From: Camelus ferus
Taxonomy: Eukaryota
Direction of reading: 5' to 3'
Length of the DNA: 64,000 nt
Assembly: GCF_009834535.1 (NCBI RefSeq)
Contig: NC_045697.1
Location: 1,242,001 to 1,306,000, forward strand
Shown here piece by piece: positions 13,466 to 24,776 of this stretch. The notes under the pieces are model-generated. The model worked only from the letters and a program-made list of their open reading frames with translations, searched no databases and had not been told where the DNA came from. Numbering within the stretch: position 1 is the first letter of the stretch; each line of letters begins with the position of its first letter. A program made the translations under genes and the position numbers.

Positions 13466-14374
13466 CTTGCTAGTGAGACTATGAAGATTCTCCTCTGCCC
13501 ATTTTATACTTGACTTCATGCTCAAATTACTTGCTTTCAAGTGAATTAACTGATGCTGAGCACAAATGTATGCTAGCTGCAGCCTGGCCATCTCCAGTCG
13601 TCTCTCCTCAAGAACTTCTTGATTATCACAAATAGATGATGCTTGTATATCTAAAAGTTGAAAATTTTCTTCATTTGAACTTTCAACTACTTCATGTATA
13701 CCCTGAAAGAACTTTTTTTTGGTATATAAGGTTAATGCTGCTGTGCTTTGCTCTTCTTGGCTTAGGTATTTTTCCAAGGAAAACTGAGATAAAAACACCA
13801 GTGGATTTGTCCCCTGACCCAAATGATAATGTCTGAAGAACATCATCAATTTTGCAACTTCATCAGTAAGTGTCTGAAGTTCATTACTGATCTTAGCATT
13901 GGTAGCATTTAGGATTCCTTGACTCTGCTTCAGTGTTTTAGTGGCTTCTTCTTCTTTAGCACTCAACCTCACAGACTTGTGGCTAGTTACTGAAGCCATC
14001 AACTGGCATTTATTACGTCGCTGAATTTTTAGGTTCTTCAATTTCTGCAGAGTTTGGACCTCATCCTCTAGTTTCTCTAGCTCTTTGTCATTAAGAGTAG
14101 GTGTCTTCAAATCAGAAGTTTTACAGGTTTTAAGAACTTCATCCAATGCTGCTCCTTCTAGGATGGGCTTGCCTGATTTTTGAAGAATGCTAAAAGCTTC
14201 CAATTCCTCTTCAGACAATACGTTCTGTTCATTCACATTCCCACAAAACCACTTCAAAAATGATTCATTTTCAACAGTCTCAAACAACCAGTCAAAATCT
14301 TCCCCATTAAGAATATCAGCTTTGGGATAAGCAATTTTTTTTAATGTTTCCAGAAACTCTTTCCCACAACTCAT
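13466..14374 (-). CDS. HAUS3: HAUS augmin-like complex subunit 3, first coding exon (909 coding nt; the whole exon with 5' UTR is 13466-14516)
   Basis: ORF MSCGKEFLETLKKIAYPKADILNGEDFDWLFE... recognised as HAUS3. ATG in AAACCATG context, donor AAG|GTAAAC after 13466, acceptor ttcctctttag| before 14516. Confidence 0.97.
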
Positions 14375-15199
14375 GGTTTAACTACCCAATTTGTTTGTAA
14401 CTGATAAGGCTTTATGCTGTCGGTATTTAGAAAACAAATCCAAATAAAAACGAAACTAATCTTATGTTAAGTCCATAGAGAAAGGGGGAAAATATTTTTA
14501 GAATCTATGATTTCTCCTAAAGAGGAAAAAAAGACAAGTATTAGACCACAAGTAAGGCAACCATATTTTTTAAAAAAAGTACAGATAAACGTCAAAAGAT
14601 AAGTTGGGAACTATCTAATCCAGAGGAAGCTGTAGCTGTAGCTGTAAAGTTTCATGAAGATAAAGAGAAACAAACAACTAGGGTTTAACTAGAACACTGC
14701 AACAGCACCAAAATCCTAATTAACAAGAAAATCTTATTTCTTCCAAAAATAAAGTGGTTTAGAATACATTATATTTTATAGAGCAGTTCAGCTTTCATTT
14801 CAAAGTAAATGGATCTAAACAAATCCAAGCCACCATGTGCCTAGCGGCCTCTTTTACCTGTTCTTCCTGGAAAAACAGAAACATGGTAAGTTTTTTGAGA
14901 AAGACAACTAAATATTTACCTCGATGACTCAATCAGCACCCGCATTCGCGCAGGGCCAATATCCAGACGCGACTAACCTAGTGCAGAGGAATCAGGCTCA
15001 GGTTTAGAAACTCCCCCCGGCTTGAGACGTACCAAAGGCCTGAGCCGTCATCAAACGAAGTACCTCAGACATTTCGTTATTTTCAACAAACGGACCACTA
15101 AAGAATCCACGAGGCGAACTCCAGTGACGCGGACAAGAGGTACAGATGAGGGGCTCAGCAGCACGCCTGCGGCACGCTCTGTGTGACTTTGTGCAAGTC

Positions 15200-16100
15200 A
15201 GCGGTGACACGTATGCATGTTAATAAAACGTGTCACGGTAACCGCCGAATCGGCGTCCAAGACAAACTGCACAGACCCGGGCGGGGACCCACCGGCCTGG
15301 GCCGCGTCCGCCCGCGGCCGAACAGCGCCTCAGGGCCCGGCGGGTCCTTCCGCCCGGAGCTGCGGGCCCCACGCCCGGCGCCCCCAACCCCCCGGCGTCC
15401 CCGCCCCGGGCCCCGGCCCTTCGCCCTGAGGGCCGCGACTGCGCCGCGCGGGCAGGGACTCGAGCGCCTGAAAGACGTCCCCAGGCGCGCACGGAAAGAA
15501 GAGGAAGGCCGGTGACCGATGCCGCTCCCGCTCCCACAGCCTCACCGTCCGTAAGGCCCAGAACTGCGATGCCAGCGCCACTCACCTCAGGAAGCTCGGT
15601 TCGTGCCCCTCAACAGCCCGCCGCCGCCGCGCCTCGCACGGCCTCACGGGAGTGCCGCCTTCGCGCGCGCGCTGAAGGACGAGGCTGGGCCGCGGGGTGG
15701 CCGCCTGCGCAGGCGCGGTGCCGGAGAGAGCGGATCCCTGGGGGGCCGTCTACCAGCACGGAGCGATCTGATTGGCTCCCTGCTGCAGGGGCGGGGGCGG
15801 GGCGCGCGTGGGGCGGGGTGGGGCTGGAGGTCGCCCTGCGTGTAGGTCCCTCACGGTGCTCTCTCTGAAGACCGGCCCTCGGGCAGCCTGGCTGGGTCCG
15901 GGGCGCGCACCGGAGCCAGCCCGGCCCTGCCGGCCGCTGGCCGCGCGCCGGGGAACCCGGCCCGGTGGCCTCTGCGTCCCGCCCTCCGCCCCGGAGTGGG
16001 CGTGGGCGAGCTCGCGGAGCCGGGCGGTGCGCGCCGCGCCGTGGGAGCCTCTCGGCTTAGTGCTTCGCTCGCCTCAGTCTGGTACCGGGAACATTGTTTT
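15200..16100. promoter_or_regulatory. CpG-island promoter of HAUS3/POLN
   Basis: Dense CpG/GC. ATTGG (CCAAT on minus) at 15771-15775, tandem GGGGCGGGG GC boxes at ~15788-15820, NRF1-like palindrome CGCCTGCGCAGGCG at 15702-15715. Confidence 0.85.
15586..15720 (-). other. HAUS3: Probable non-coding first exon of HAUS3 (shared with POLN in other vertebrates); 5' boundary approximate
   Basis: Consensus donor GAG|GTGAGT after 15586 inside the CpG island, just downstream of CCAAT and GC boxes; alternative donor ACG|GTGAGG after 15546. Confidence 0.6.
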
Positions 16101-19100
16101 GCAAACGCACTTAGTTCCCAAGCGCTCACCTGACAAGCCCATTTTCAAAGAACAACGTAAGAAGTTGAAACTAACTCATACAAACACGGAGTGGACAAGT
16201 GTCAAAGACGTACTTAACTCGAGATGAAGCACGGTGTCCGCGGAGGACGCCAGAAACGGAAAGCGCGCGGTCAGTGAGAGAAGCGGTGCTCAAATGAGGT
16301 CAAATCTGGCCGATGCCCAGAGCTGGGGTTACCTTTTGTATTGGACAGAATTCATTTGCATCTCTACCAGACAAAAATCATTTTTAACTTACCAATCTAC
16401 GTTTACATCTGAATGTAAGGGTGCAAGGTTGGGGCCCTGGTCATTACTACATAGTACCTCCCCACCCCCAGCATCAAATGGCCCTCGGGTGGCTAAGTTA
16501 ATGTCCTAGTCTAGTGTGACATTGGAAGGGCAGACGTGTTCTGGATAATTTCCCGTAATATTTTTAAGGAGAGAAAAAATAATGTTCTGGGGCAGACGTC
16601 ATGAATTAATCTTGACTTGAAGTTACTTCCTATTCGTTGTTCATTTTGTTTCATTTTTTATTCTCCTCTTCTAAAAGACAGTATGCCTAAAATGATGGGG
16701 AAAACAAACGTTACAGGAGAAAAAAATTCAAAGCAGTGCCTGGCCTGAACCCAGGGGCCTGGACCCCGGAGAGGCTGGTTCCTCTGGTAAGCTGGGAGGC
16801 TAGGTTGGAGCCCCTGGACTGGGGAGACTCCCTTGGCCACCGTGGGGACGGGTATCAGGGTTGGGGGCATGCAGCCGGGGACAGGAGCCCAGCCGGCTTA
16901 AAGGGAGGAAGTGGAGGCTGAGCAGGCAGCGCCTTCAAGAAATTCTGCTGAGGAGGCAAAGAAGGAGGGAGAGAGAGAGAAAGCAGCAGGAGGACGTGAG
17001 ATGAGGGGGTGGGAATGCAGAGCTGGAAGGAGGGTTTGGGTTTTGTTTTGTTTAAGATGGGAGGAACTTGGGGATATTTATAGACTGTGAGGAGGAACTC
17101 AGAGGAGACAGAAGATGCCAGAGAGAAAAGGGCTGCTTTACAGAAAGATCCCTAAGGGGCGGGAGGGTGAAAGCCCCAGCACAGGAGGCTGAGCTAGAAG
17201 CCCACTGCCCAGTCTTCCTAGTGACTCCTGCATCATTTCCTGGGCCCACAAATTCTCCATGTGATTTCTGAATTGCTGACCTACCATAGTTATTTGCTTG
17301 AGAGATGTTTGTGGGGCCAAAAAGAGCCATAAAAATATAAACATCAAAATGGCATTAGCTCCCAGGGTACAAATGACAAATACTATAGGTTTAACTATAC
17401 ACTCAGAAATGATTCCTTGAAAACTTGACTTATTAGAGCATTTCTGTACTTGAGGTTGCACCTGCAGTTTAGGAAAGCAAGTACATAACACTTCCAGGAC
17501 AAGCTTTCTTTCCTCCAATCAAAATCATCTAGTGTTTTAGTGGGGAACTTGCGGAGTTAAAAGATAAAGGGAACCCAGGAATGAGTACCCCTGAGAAAGC
17601 CCAGGAGACTCAGCAGGACTAAATAGGCCGAACACAGCTGTGAGCATCACGTGCTTTTGTTGTTTCCTTCCTTCCTGTGGAAATCCTTTCTTTTATCCTA
17701 TTGATATTAAAAAGTATTTTAGGTTTTCTTTTCAGACATTGAACTGCCGTCTGATGTTAAAGAGCATCTGCTTTTGGAGGTAGTTTTCAGTGATGGTGAC
17801 GGGACTCCGATCTTCAAGTTGGGGAGTGACACTCCCAGTGTGAGCAGTGACTCCGCAGTAACAGAAGTGACAAGCGGGGGGCAAGAGACAGATGCAGGGA
17901 GCCTCGTGCACAGGGGATAGAAGAAGCCAGCGAGCTCAGGCAACCTGGGACCTGGAGGGGCAGAGAGCGACCTTGAGGGCAGACGCCCAGGGCCTGATGG
18001 CCAGAGAGCAAGTCTGCATGATTCTCTGTTTCTAGCTGAGCAAGATAGTGGCTCTTCTTCTTGCTCTTCTATTAACCTTCCTGTTCAGAAGAACACCTCG
18101 CGTACACCTTACACCTTGGGGCTGGGGGTCGGGGGGCGGGGGGAGAGTGAGCTTGTCTCCTGGCACTTTGACAATCACGTGACAAAGGTGGAAACCCAGT
18201 CCTCAAATTCAGGAGCGGCTGGGGTCAGGAGCTGACCTGGATGACCTGACGGGGGTGGGGTGGGGGGGACAGGGAAAAAGGGTTGTCTGGAAGGGGGCAC
18301 AGAGGGGCCTGGGGTCTCATAAAGCACCTCGGGACTGGCTGAGGAGGCAGAAGGCAATGAGGAAGGAGGGGCTGAGAGCCCCTGCAAACGAAGTAGGGGA
18401 GAGGTGTAATCCCATTTACATTCTGGAAAGATCCCTGTGAGGCTAGTGCAGAGGGCCTGGCCTGGCGAAGGAGTGGGAGTGGAGGAAAGGACACAGCCTG
18501 AAAAGGGCCCTGCCCGAGTAGCCCGATTACCCCAGCACCCACTGTGGGTTGCCGTAATCCTAGCAAAGATGTGATCAAACCAGGTGGAGGAGACTCGGGA
18601 ACCATCTTCCAGAAGAGTCACCGACCAGAGCTGTGGGGTGGGGGGTGGTGAGTGCAGAGGGGCAGAGGGACAGCAGGGAGCAAGGGTGGGAGGGGGCTGA
18701 GTGGAAGGCCCAGCAGTGGGGAGAGCACAGGCACCTGGGTTTGACCCTGGAGGTGACGGGCAACAAGACCACCCAAGGAGTGCCAGGGAGAGCGTGGGCA
18801 GGAGGGCTGAGACCCAGGCAGGCGTCCCACTTCGGGGGTGCTTGCTGTAATCCAGGTTGGACAGTACAGAGATGGCATTTGGCAGCCAGAGGGGCTTCCC
18901 ACTGGGCTAGGTGTGGTCCCAGGGCCATCACCCTCCAGTAGGTGACCTGGGGAAGGCAGGAGCCTTCCCTGGGCCTGTTACCCGTCTATGAGATGGGCCC
19001 AGCCTGAGGACATCAGTTGCTAATTACCTACAGGTAAGTGCTTAGCGCAGCTCCTGGAGCACTTACGCCCTCAATAAAAAGGGATGATTTAAAATCATAG

Positions 19101-19899
19101 GAATATTGGGAATTCAAATACCCCCGCGTACATTCATGCCCAGTCCCTCAGCTCAAGGGCTGAGCTGCACTCCCAGTAGGAATTCCCTTCTTTTCTAGAG
19201 ATGTCCCTGGGGGGCTCACACAGGTACAAGGCCAGAGGACTGCTTCCGGCTGGGGGAGGGTGGGGGAACTGATTCCCCCTGGGTCCCTGTAGGTTCTCTC
19301 CCACAGACACCCCAAAACCCACCAGTAGGTCTCACTGAGCCACCTCAACATGCTGTGGCTTGCCCACCATGGCAGCCCCGGGCTCTCAGGAGAGCCCCAT
19401 TCTGGTCCCCAGTTCCTGGTACTCAAGGTGGGCACTTCCTCCCCTGATGCCCTCTTCTGGGGCGATGCCATCTCACCCCCAACCCTGCACAGCAGGACGT
19501 TCCAGGGTCCCTGAGGACAGGTCCAAGGAGGGCTTCTTGCTGTGAAGCCCTGAGAGCCAGCAGCTGCTGTGCACAAAGGGCACGGGCACACGGAGGTGGG
19601 CTGAGGGCACCTGACAAGAGACGCCTGGCTGGCACAGAGCCCCATGAGCCCCAGAGCCAGGGTGAAGCCTGAGGCTGGCAGCAATAGGCTTGGAAAACAG
19701 GTGAGGGTGGGGGTGGCTGCCACCTCAACCCCAACCTTCATCTCCAGGTGTGACCGTCCAGGGAGGCAGCTGTGATGGTGGGGTCGCGGCGGCTGGCTAG
19801 CCCAGAAAGCAGATGCTGTGGGCAGGGTGGTGAGGACCTCCCTATGGAGGCTGAGGGGAGGGGAGCAAAACGCAGTGATGGAAAGAACTAGAAGCCAGA

Positions 19900-22800
19900 G
19901 AGGTGAGGTATAAAAATCTGTATTTATGTTACAAAGACAGAATGGTACAGCACAGTCCCTCCTGGCGAGCAGGTGGGTGGGTGGCCCATCTCTCTCCTGC
20001 GAGGATCTTGTAACGTGCCCACCTGGCCAGCACCAGGCCCCCAGCCGCCCCAGACTCTGGCACAGAACCTGCCCTAGTGCCCTAAACATGGCCAGGGGGT
20101 TGGAGTCCTGTGTGCCCAGTGGTGGGGAGGGGACTCCAGGTCAGCTCCCAGAGAGAGACTGGCAGGGGTGGGGGAAGCTGCCTCAACCAGCAGATGGGGA
20201 CTGTCTGGGGCAGACAGGATGGTGGGGGCCCTCAGAGAAATAGGTGCATGGCTCTGTCTGCCCCAGGAGAGCAGGCCTGGGCACCGGGCTTCTGAGACCT
20301 AATCTGCACTGGCAACCTCCCCAGCCAGCTGGGCCTGCACTGAGGGTGGGGGCCGCCTCACAGTGAGGATGCGGGCCCCAACCTGAGCCTGGGGTTCCAG
20401 GATCTCAGCCGCCAAGTGCCACACTGGCCCACATGGGTGTGGGAGGGCACACAGAGAGAGGGTGCAGGCACCCCAAGTGGCACTATTCTGGTCACGTTTG
20501 CTTTCCACAGACCCCACAACAATCCTCTGGGTCCCTGTGGCCACCAGCAGGGGCCAAGTGTGTGAGCAGCTCTAGCACCAGACCCTTGCTGGTGTCTGCT
20601 GGTGGTGGGGAGTGTTAGCGGGACCCCAGCACCTCGAGGAGGGCCAGTGAGGCCAACTCCCTGGTCCACATGGGAACTGGGGTGTGAGAAGCCATGGGCT
20701 AAGCTGCCAGAAGGCCAACTGAAGGACACAGCTGGTCACCTGGGCAGGACTCTGCTGGCCAGAGGTGGGAGCAGAACCTCCCCCAGGTGTTAGGGGTGGG
20801 GTGGTTAGAGAGCTGATGCTTTAAGAATCCAGGACACAGACCATCCCAGAGGCCTACAGCTGGGTCTCCTACAGCAGGCTCTTACACACAGGTGTTCCTG
20901 CCCTGCCCAGACGGTTTTGGGGTCCTTGCCAGAAACACTTGGTGGGCATGCTCAGGCAGATGGGAGAGGCCCCTTCTGGGCACTACAGACCCCATCGGAG
21001 CTGGAAGGAGATGCTGACAGAACAGTTTTCCTTGCAACCACCAGCACAACATGTGGTGGTCTCCCAACTCCATGCACTGTCCCCCTACAAGCCTGCTCTC
21101 CACAGCCATCCCAGGCCCCGGTAGGGCAGGTCCTATGCCAGAGCTGTCCCCAGGAACCTCTTTCTGCCTCATCAGGCCACCCACCCTGGGGTATCCATCT
21201 GCATGACCAAAGAGAAACACAAAATTTAACCCCCACGATCTGGAAATTGGTTACAATGCACCAGAGAGGGGAGCAGACACTGCTGTGGGTCAGCCCCACA
21301 GCCCTGCCACCCGAATATTGCTCTGTGGTCCCCGGGGACAAGGATTTTGAGAACAAAAGGCCAGGAGAAGCCTCCTAATGCCCAGGCCTGACCACCCGGG
21401 GTGAGCGGTTGTCTTCAGCAGCTGCCAATGTTTGAAATCTGGAGCCCTTGCCCCCAGAGGAGAAGGGAGGGTTCGAGCTGGGTACAGGGAAGAACTTATT
21501 TCTCTGGGTAGCAGGCCACTGACCAGAGGCCAAGCAGCACAGTGGGGGGCGGGGGGCAAAGAGCACGGCCCCTCCCGCCAGGTGACAGAAAGCAGCCCTG
21601 CTGTCACACAGCCCCCACCTGACCTGGCCTGGCCGTCTCACTCCCAGGAAGCCCTGGCTGCCAGGAGGGGCTGCCCACGGCGAGGAGCCCAGGAGGGCAC
21701 CTGTGGGGCAGGTGGGGCATCCCGTGAGCCACATGGAGATGCTGGTGGTGGTGGTCGGGGTGGGGCCACACACAGGACACAAGGCACACTTGGACGACGG
21801 TGACAGACGGACAAGTCCCTGAGACGCTGGGTCGCTCCCACCCCTCAGCAAACAAGGACGCAAGGACGGCTAGGAAAATAGAGTAGAAAAATCTTGTACA
21901 GGAAGCAGGCGGCACCACCGACAGCACTTGGCCGGGAGTCTCTAGAGCTCTTCCTTCTTTTGAAAACATCTCTCTCTTGTTTTTTGGGGAAAAGCTTCTC
22001 TCCCGGGAGCCCTGTTCTGGGCTGCTAGGCAGTGCAACAATGTTTTGTTTTGTTTTTTTGTTTTTAAGGGAGATGAGAGAGCCCTCTGAGGACCCAGTGG
22101 TTTCAACCCCTGCCCCCAGCACTCCTCAGCCCCTGCTGGGAGGAGAAGTCCCCCTCCCTGTACAGACTGGGCAGGTGAGCCAGGGGTTGGAGGGGGATCC
22201 AGGCACAGGCCAGGGGCCAGCATTTGCCCATCTGACCCCTGAAGGCCCCAAGGACATGTGCTCTCTGAGCCCCCGGGACCTCTGGGTCCAGTGACCACGT
22301 GTCTACATGTGTGCATGTGTGTGCGGGCAGGCGTGTGTGCCTAGGCGCGTGCGTGCGTGTATCTGCGGGATCTAACAACAGAGCAGAAGCCACCCAGCTT
22401 GGAATGGGGTGGCCTGGCAGCCCCTGGGAGCCCAGCCCCAGCTCCTGACACCTGCGGGTGCAAAGGTCCCCTCCACCCACCTGCCCCAGGCTGCTCACCC
22501 GAGTCCCGCCCTTCACGGATCCCTCTGTCCACGCCTCAGGAGCCTACGTGGACCGACAGATGGATAGACGGACGGACGGAGAGCCACGCCTTCCTTCTTT
22601 CCTCAGTCCATTCTTTTCTCCTGGGATCCGGGGAGGGGGTCTGAGCTCCCCGTGGTGGTCATTAAGCCCCTCACACGGCGCCCGCCGAGGTTTGCAGCAA
22701 TGATATTTAATACTTCTGGAATGATTAGGAATCTGAGAACAGACCGTGGGCGGTATGCTGGGCTCCGGGCCGTGGCAGCCGGCCCGCCTCCTGGAGGGTC

Positions 22801-22989
22801 CCTGCCCAGGCGGGAGGAGCGGGCGGCGCGGCAGGCCCTGACCAGCAGGTGGGCGGAGGCAGGCAGCCCGGGTGGCAGCTGGAGCTTCCAGAATGGCACA
22901 GCAGTGGGCCCGTGGAGAGGCTTTCAAGGACTGGAGGGCAGACACACTTGGCCAGGCGGGCAGACGGGCCAAGGAGCAGAGGGCAGGGC
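19900..22989 (-). other. MXD4: Probable long (~3.1 kb) MXD4 3' UTR ending at a CATAAA signal (19928-19923)
   Basis: AT-rich patch TGTACCATTCTGTCTTTGTAACATAAATACAG (minus strand) in GC-rich DNA, with two TGTA elements upstream and a T-rich tract downstream; end point inferred. Confidence 0.55.
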
Positions 22990-23147
22990 CTACAAGAGGC
23001 CAGGGTGGCCAGGCCGCCTGCAGGGGGGCCCGAAGCCGCCGTCACTGCCGCCGCCACTCTGCAGGCTGCAGTGGTCATCCACGTCACTGCCGCTGCCAAC
23101 GCTGTCCAGCTCACCGGGGCCAAACTCCATGCCCTCTACGTCCACTT
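22990..23147 (-). CDS. MXD4: MXD4 last coding exon (158 nt, EVDVEGMEFGPGELDSVGS...PGHPGLL*)
   Basis: Acceptor ttctccccag|AA, TAG at 22992-22990. Total 64+100+30+115+163+158=630 nt = 209 aa + stop. Confidence 0.95.
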
Positions 23148-23467
23148 CTGGGGAGAACGGAGGAGGGGGTCAGACATGGCGAGGGCGCCAGCCAGGGCTT
23201 CGGAAGCACACTGCCCAGCCCGAGCCCAGCTCTGGCCCTCCTGGGCGCAGGCCACAGGGCCTCTGTGCCTCCCAGTCCTCATCCCCGCCACTCTGCCACC
23301 TCACGCAGGGCACTCCGAAGTGCTGGGAACGCGCCGTAACACGGGCACCAGCTGCCCACTGCTTTCGCCCCACCCCCGCCCCAGGCTGCCGCCCTGCCCA
23401 GTTTCCCACCAAGGGCTGCACAAAGCCTGCACCCAAAGGACTGTAAGGGCTGTGCCCACGTCCCCAC

Positions 23468-23630
23468 CTTGCTCTGAGTCGTCGGTGGAGACGGCAGAAC
23501 CTGTGCTGTCTGTGCGCACGCGCTCCAGGCTCTGCACCGACAGCTGCTCCAGGCGCCGCTTCAGGAAGCGGTGCTCCCGCTGCAGCTGCTCCTTGATGCT
23601 CAGTGCCCGGCGGTCCTGCTCCTCCAGTTT
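23468..23630 (-). CDS. MXD4: MXD4 exon 5 (163 nt, KLEEQDRRALSIKEQLQREHRFLKRRLEQL...DDSEQ; leucine zipper)
   Basis: Acceptor ccccag|AAA, donor AAG|GTGGGG. Confidence 0.96.
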
Positions 23631-24661
23631 CTGGGGGCAGGGGAGCTATGACGGGGGTGGGGCACCCTCCCCACACCAGGACCCACACTAGGGCACAGAG
23701 GCCAGAATAGGTTCCCCATCCCCCACCATGGCCTAATGCACCCCCTTCTCCCCTCTACCAAGCGGTCATACTAGGTGTCACCTTCCAGCCCTGTGCTCTG
23801 TGTCTGCTGACCAGCTTCACAAGGCCCACAACCACTAGCCAGCTCGGCCAAGCCAAGTCACACGTGGGCCTGAAGCCCTGGAACAGTGCCGCCCGCCCAG
23901 CCCTGGGCTGACATCCCCTCCCGACAGTCCTCCCCACAGTGGCTCTTCCTGCACAATCTGGCTGCCCAGCCTGCGCTGCAGAGCCGCGCCCTCCCCCTCA
24001 CCTGCTCCACACCTTCCTGGGCACTGAGATGATGCCTGCTCTGTGAGGGCCCCCGGGCCCCCGCTGTGCCCCATCAAAGCTCCTGCCACCCTGCCTGGGG
24101 GAGCCCAAACCTCTGCAGGGTGAGGGGAGGACTGAGACCCACCCTCGTGGCCCAAGTGTCACAAGACCCCCAAACCAGCAGGTCTCAGTCTCAAGGCCTC
24201 AGGGGCCCAGCCTAGGCAACGTCTCCCTCGGCCCACACCTCACTGCCACCCCTGGAGATCAACTCCTACTCTGCCCCTAGAAACTCCCCACCTCAGGGCC
24301 ACCTGCTTCCCACTGGCCTCCCAAAAACCGCATCAAAGGAACCCCCTCCCTCCCCTCCCACCCAACTCTTCCCTCCACCTGCTGCCCCTTCAGCCTGGGG
24401 CCCAGCAGGGGCAATCTGCAACCCACCACCACCTCCCACTCCCACCCCACAAAACCCACCCTGTGCCTGCCACTACCTTGACCCTCAGCAACTCCTGCTG
24501 CTGTGCCCTCAACCGCTGGAGACCCCCGGCTCCCACTGTGCATCTGCTGGGCGGCTCCCCACCCCACAGGCAGGCCCTCTGGCCACTCCCCCAGGGTGCA
24601 CGGGAACTGGCTGGGGTCAGCCGAGGTGTTGGGGTGGAGGCGGGGGCGCAACACGGCTCAC

Positions 24662-24776
24662 CTTGATGTGCATCTTGGCACGTTTCAGGAGGCTCAGCGT
24701 GGTATGGCGGGTGCTGTCAGGGCCCAGGGGCACCAACTGCTTGAGCTGCTCCAGGTAGAGCCTGAGTTTGGCTCGT
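24662..24776 (-). CDS. MXD4: MXD4 exon 4 (115 nt, [38 protein letters not shown]; helix-loop-helix)
   Basis: Acceptor tctttcag|A, donor AAG|GTGAGC; phases consistent. Confidence 0.97.

Noticed and set aside
19148..20089. 313-aa ORF (also 27557-28438, 41514-42557, 59087-60124 and many others)
   Set aside because: Low-complexity P/G/A/R/S/C-rich translations expected by chance in GC-rich DNA; no recognisable domain or exon structure.
21900..22990. Possible miRNA hairpin in the MXD4 3' UTR (human MIR4800 is annotated in this gene)
   Set aside because: No hairpin I can support by eye; not called without folding and small-RNA data.
22652..23691. Long plus-strand ORFs over MXD4 exons 5-6
   Set aside because: Antisense shadows of GC-rich coding sequence.
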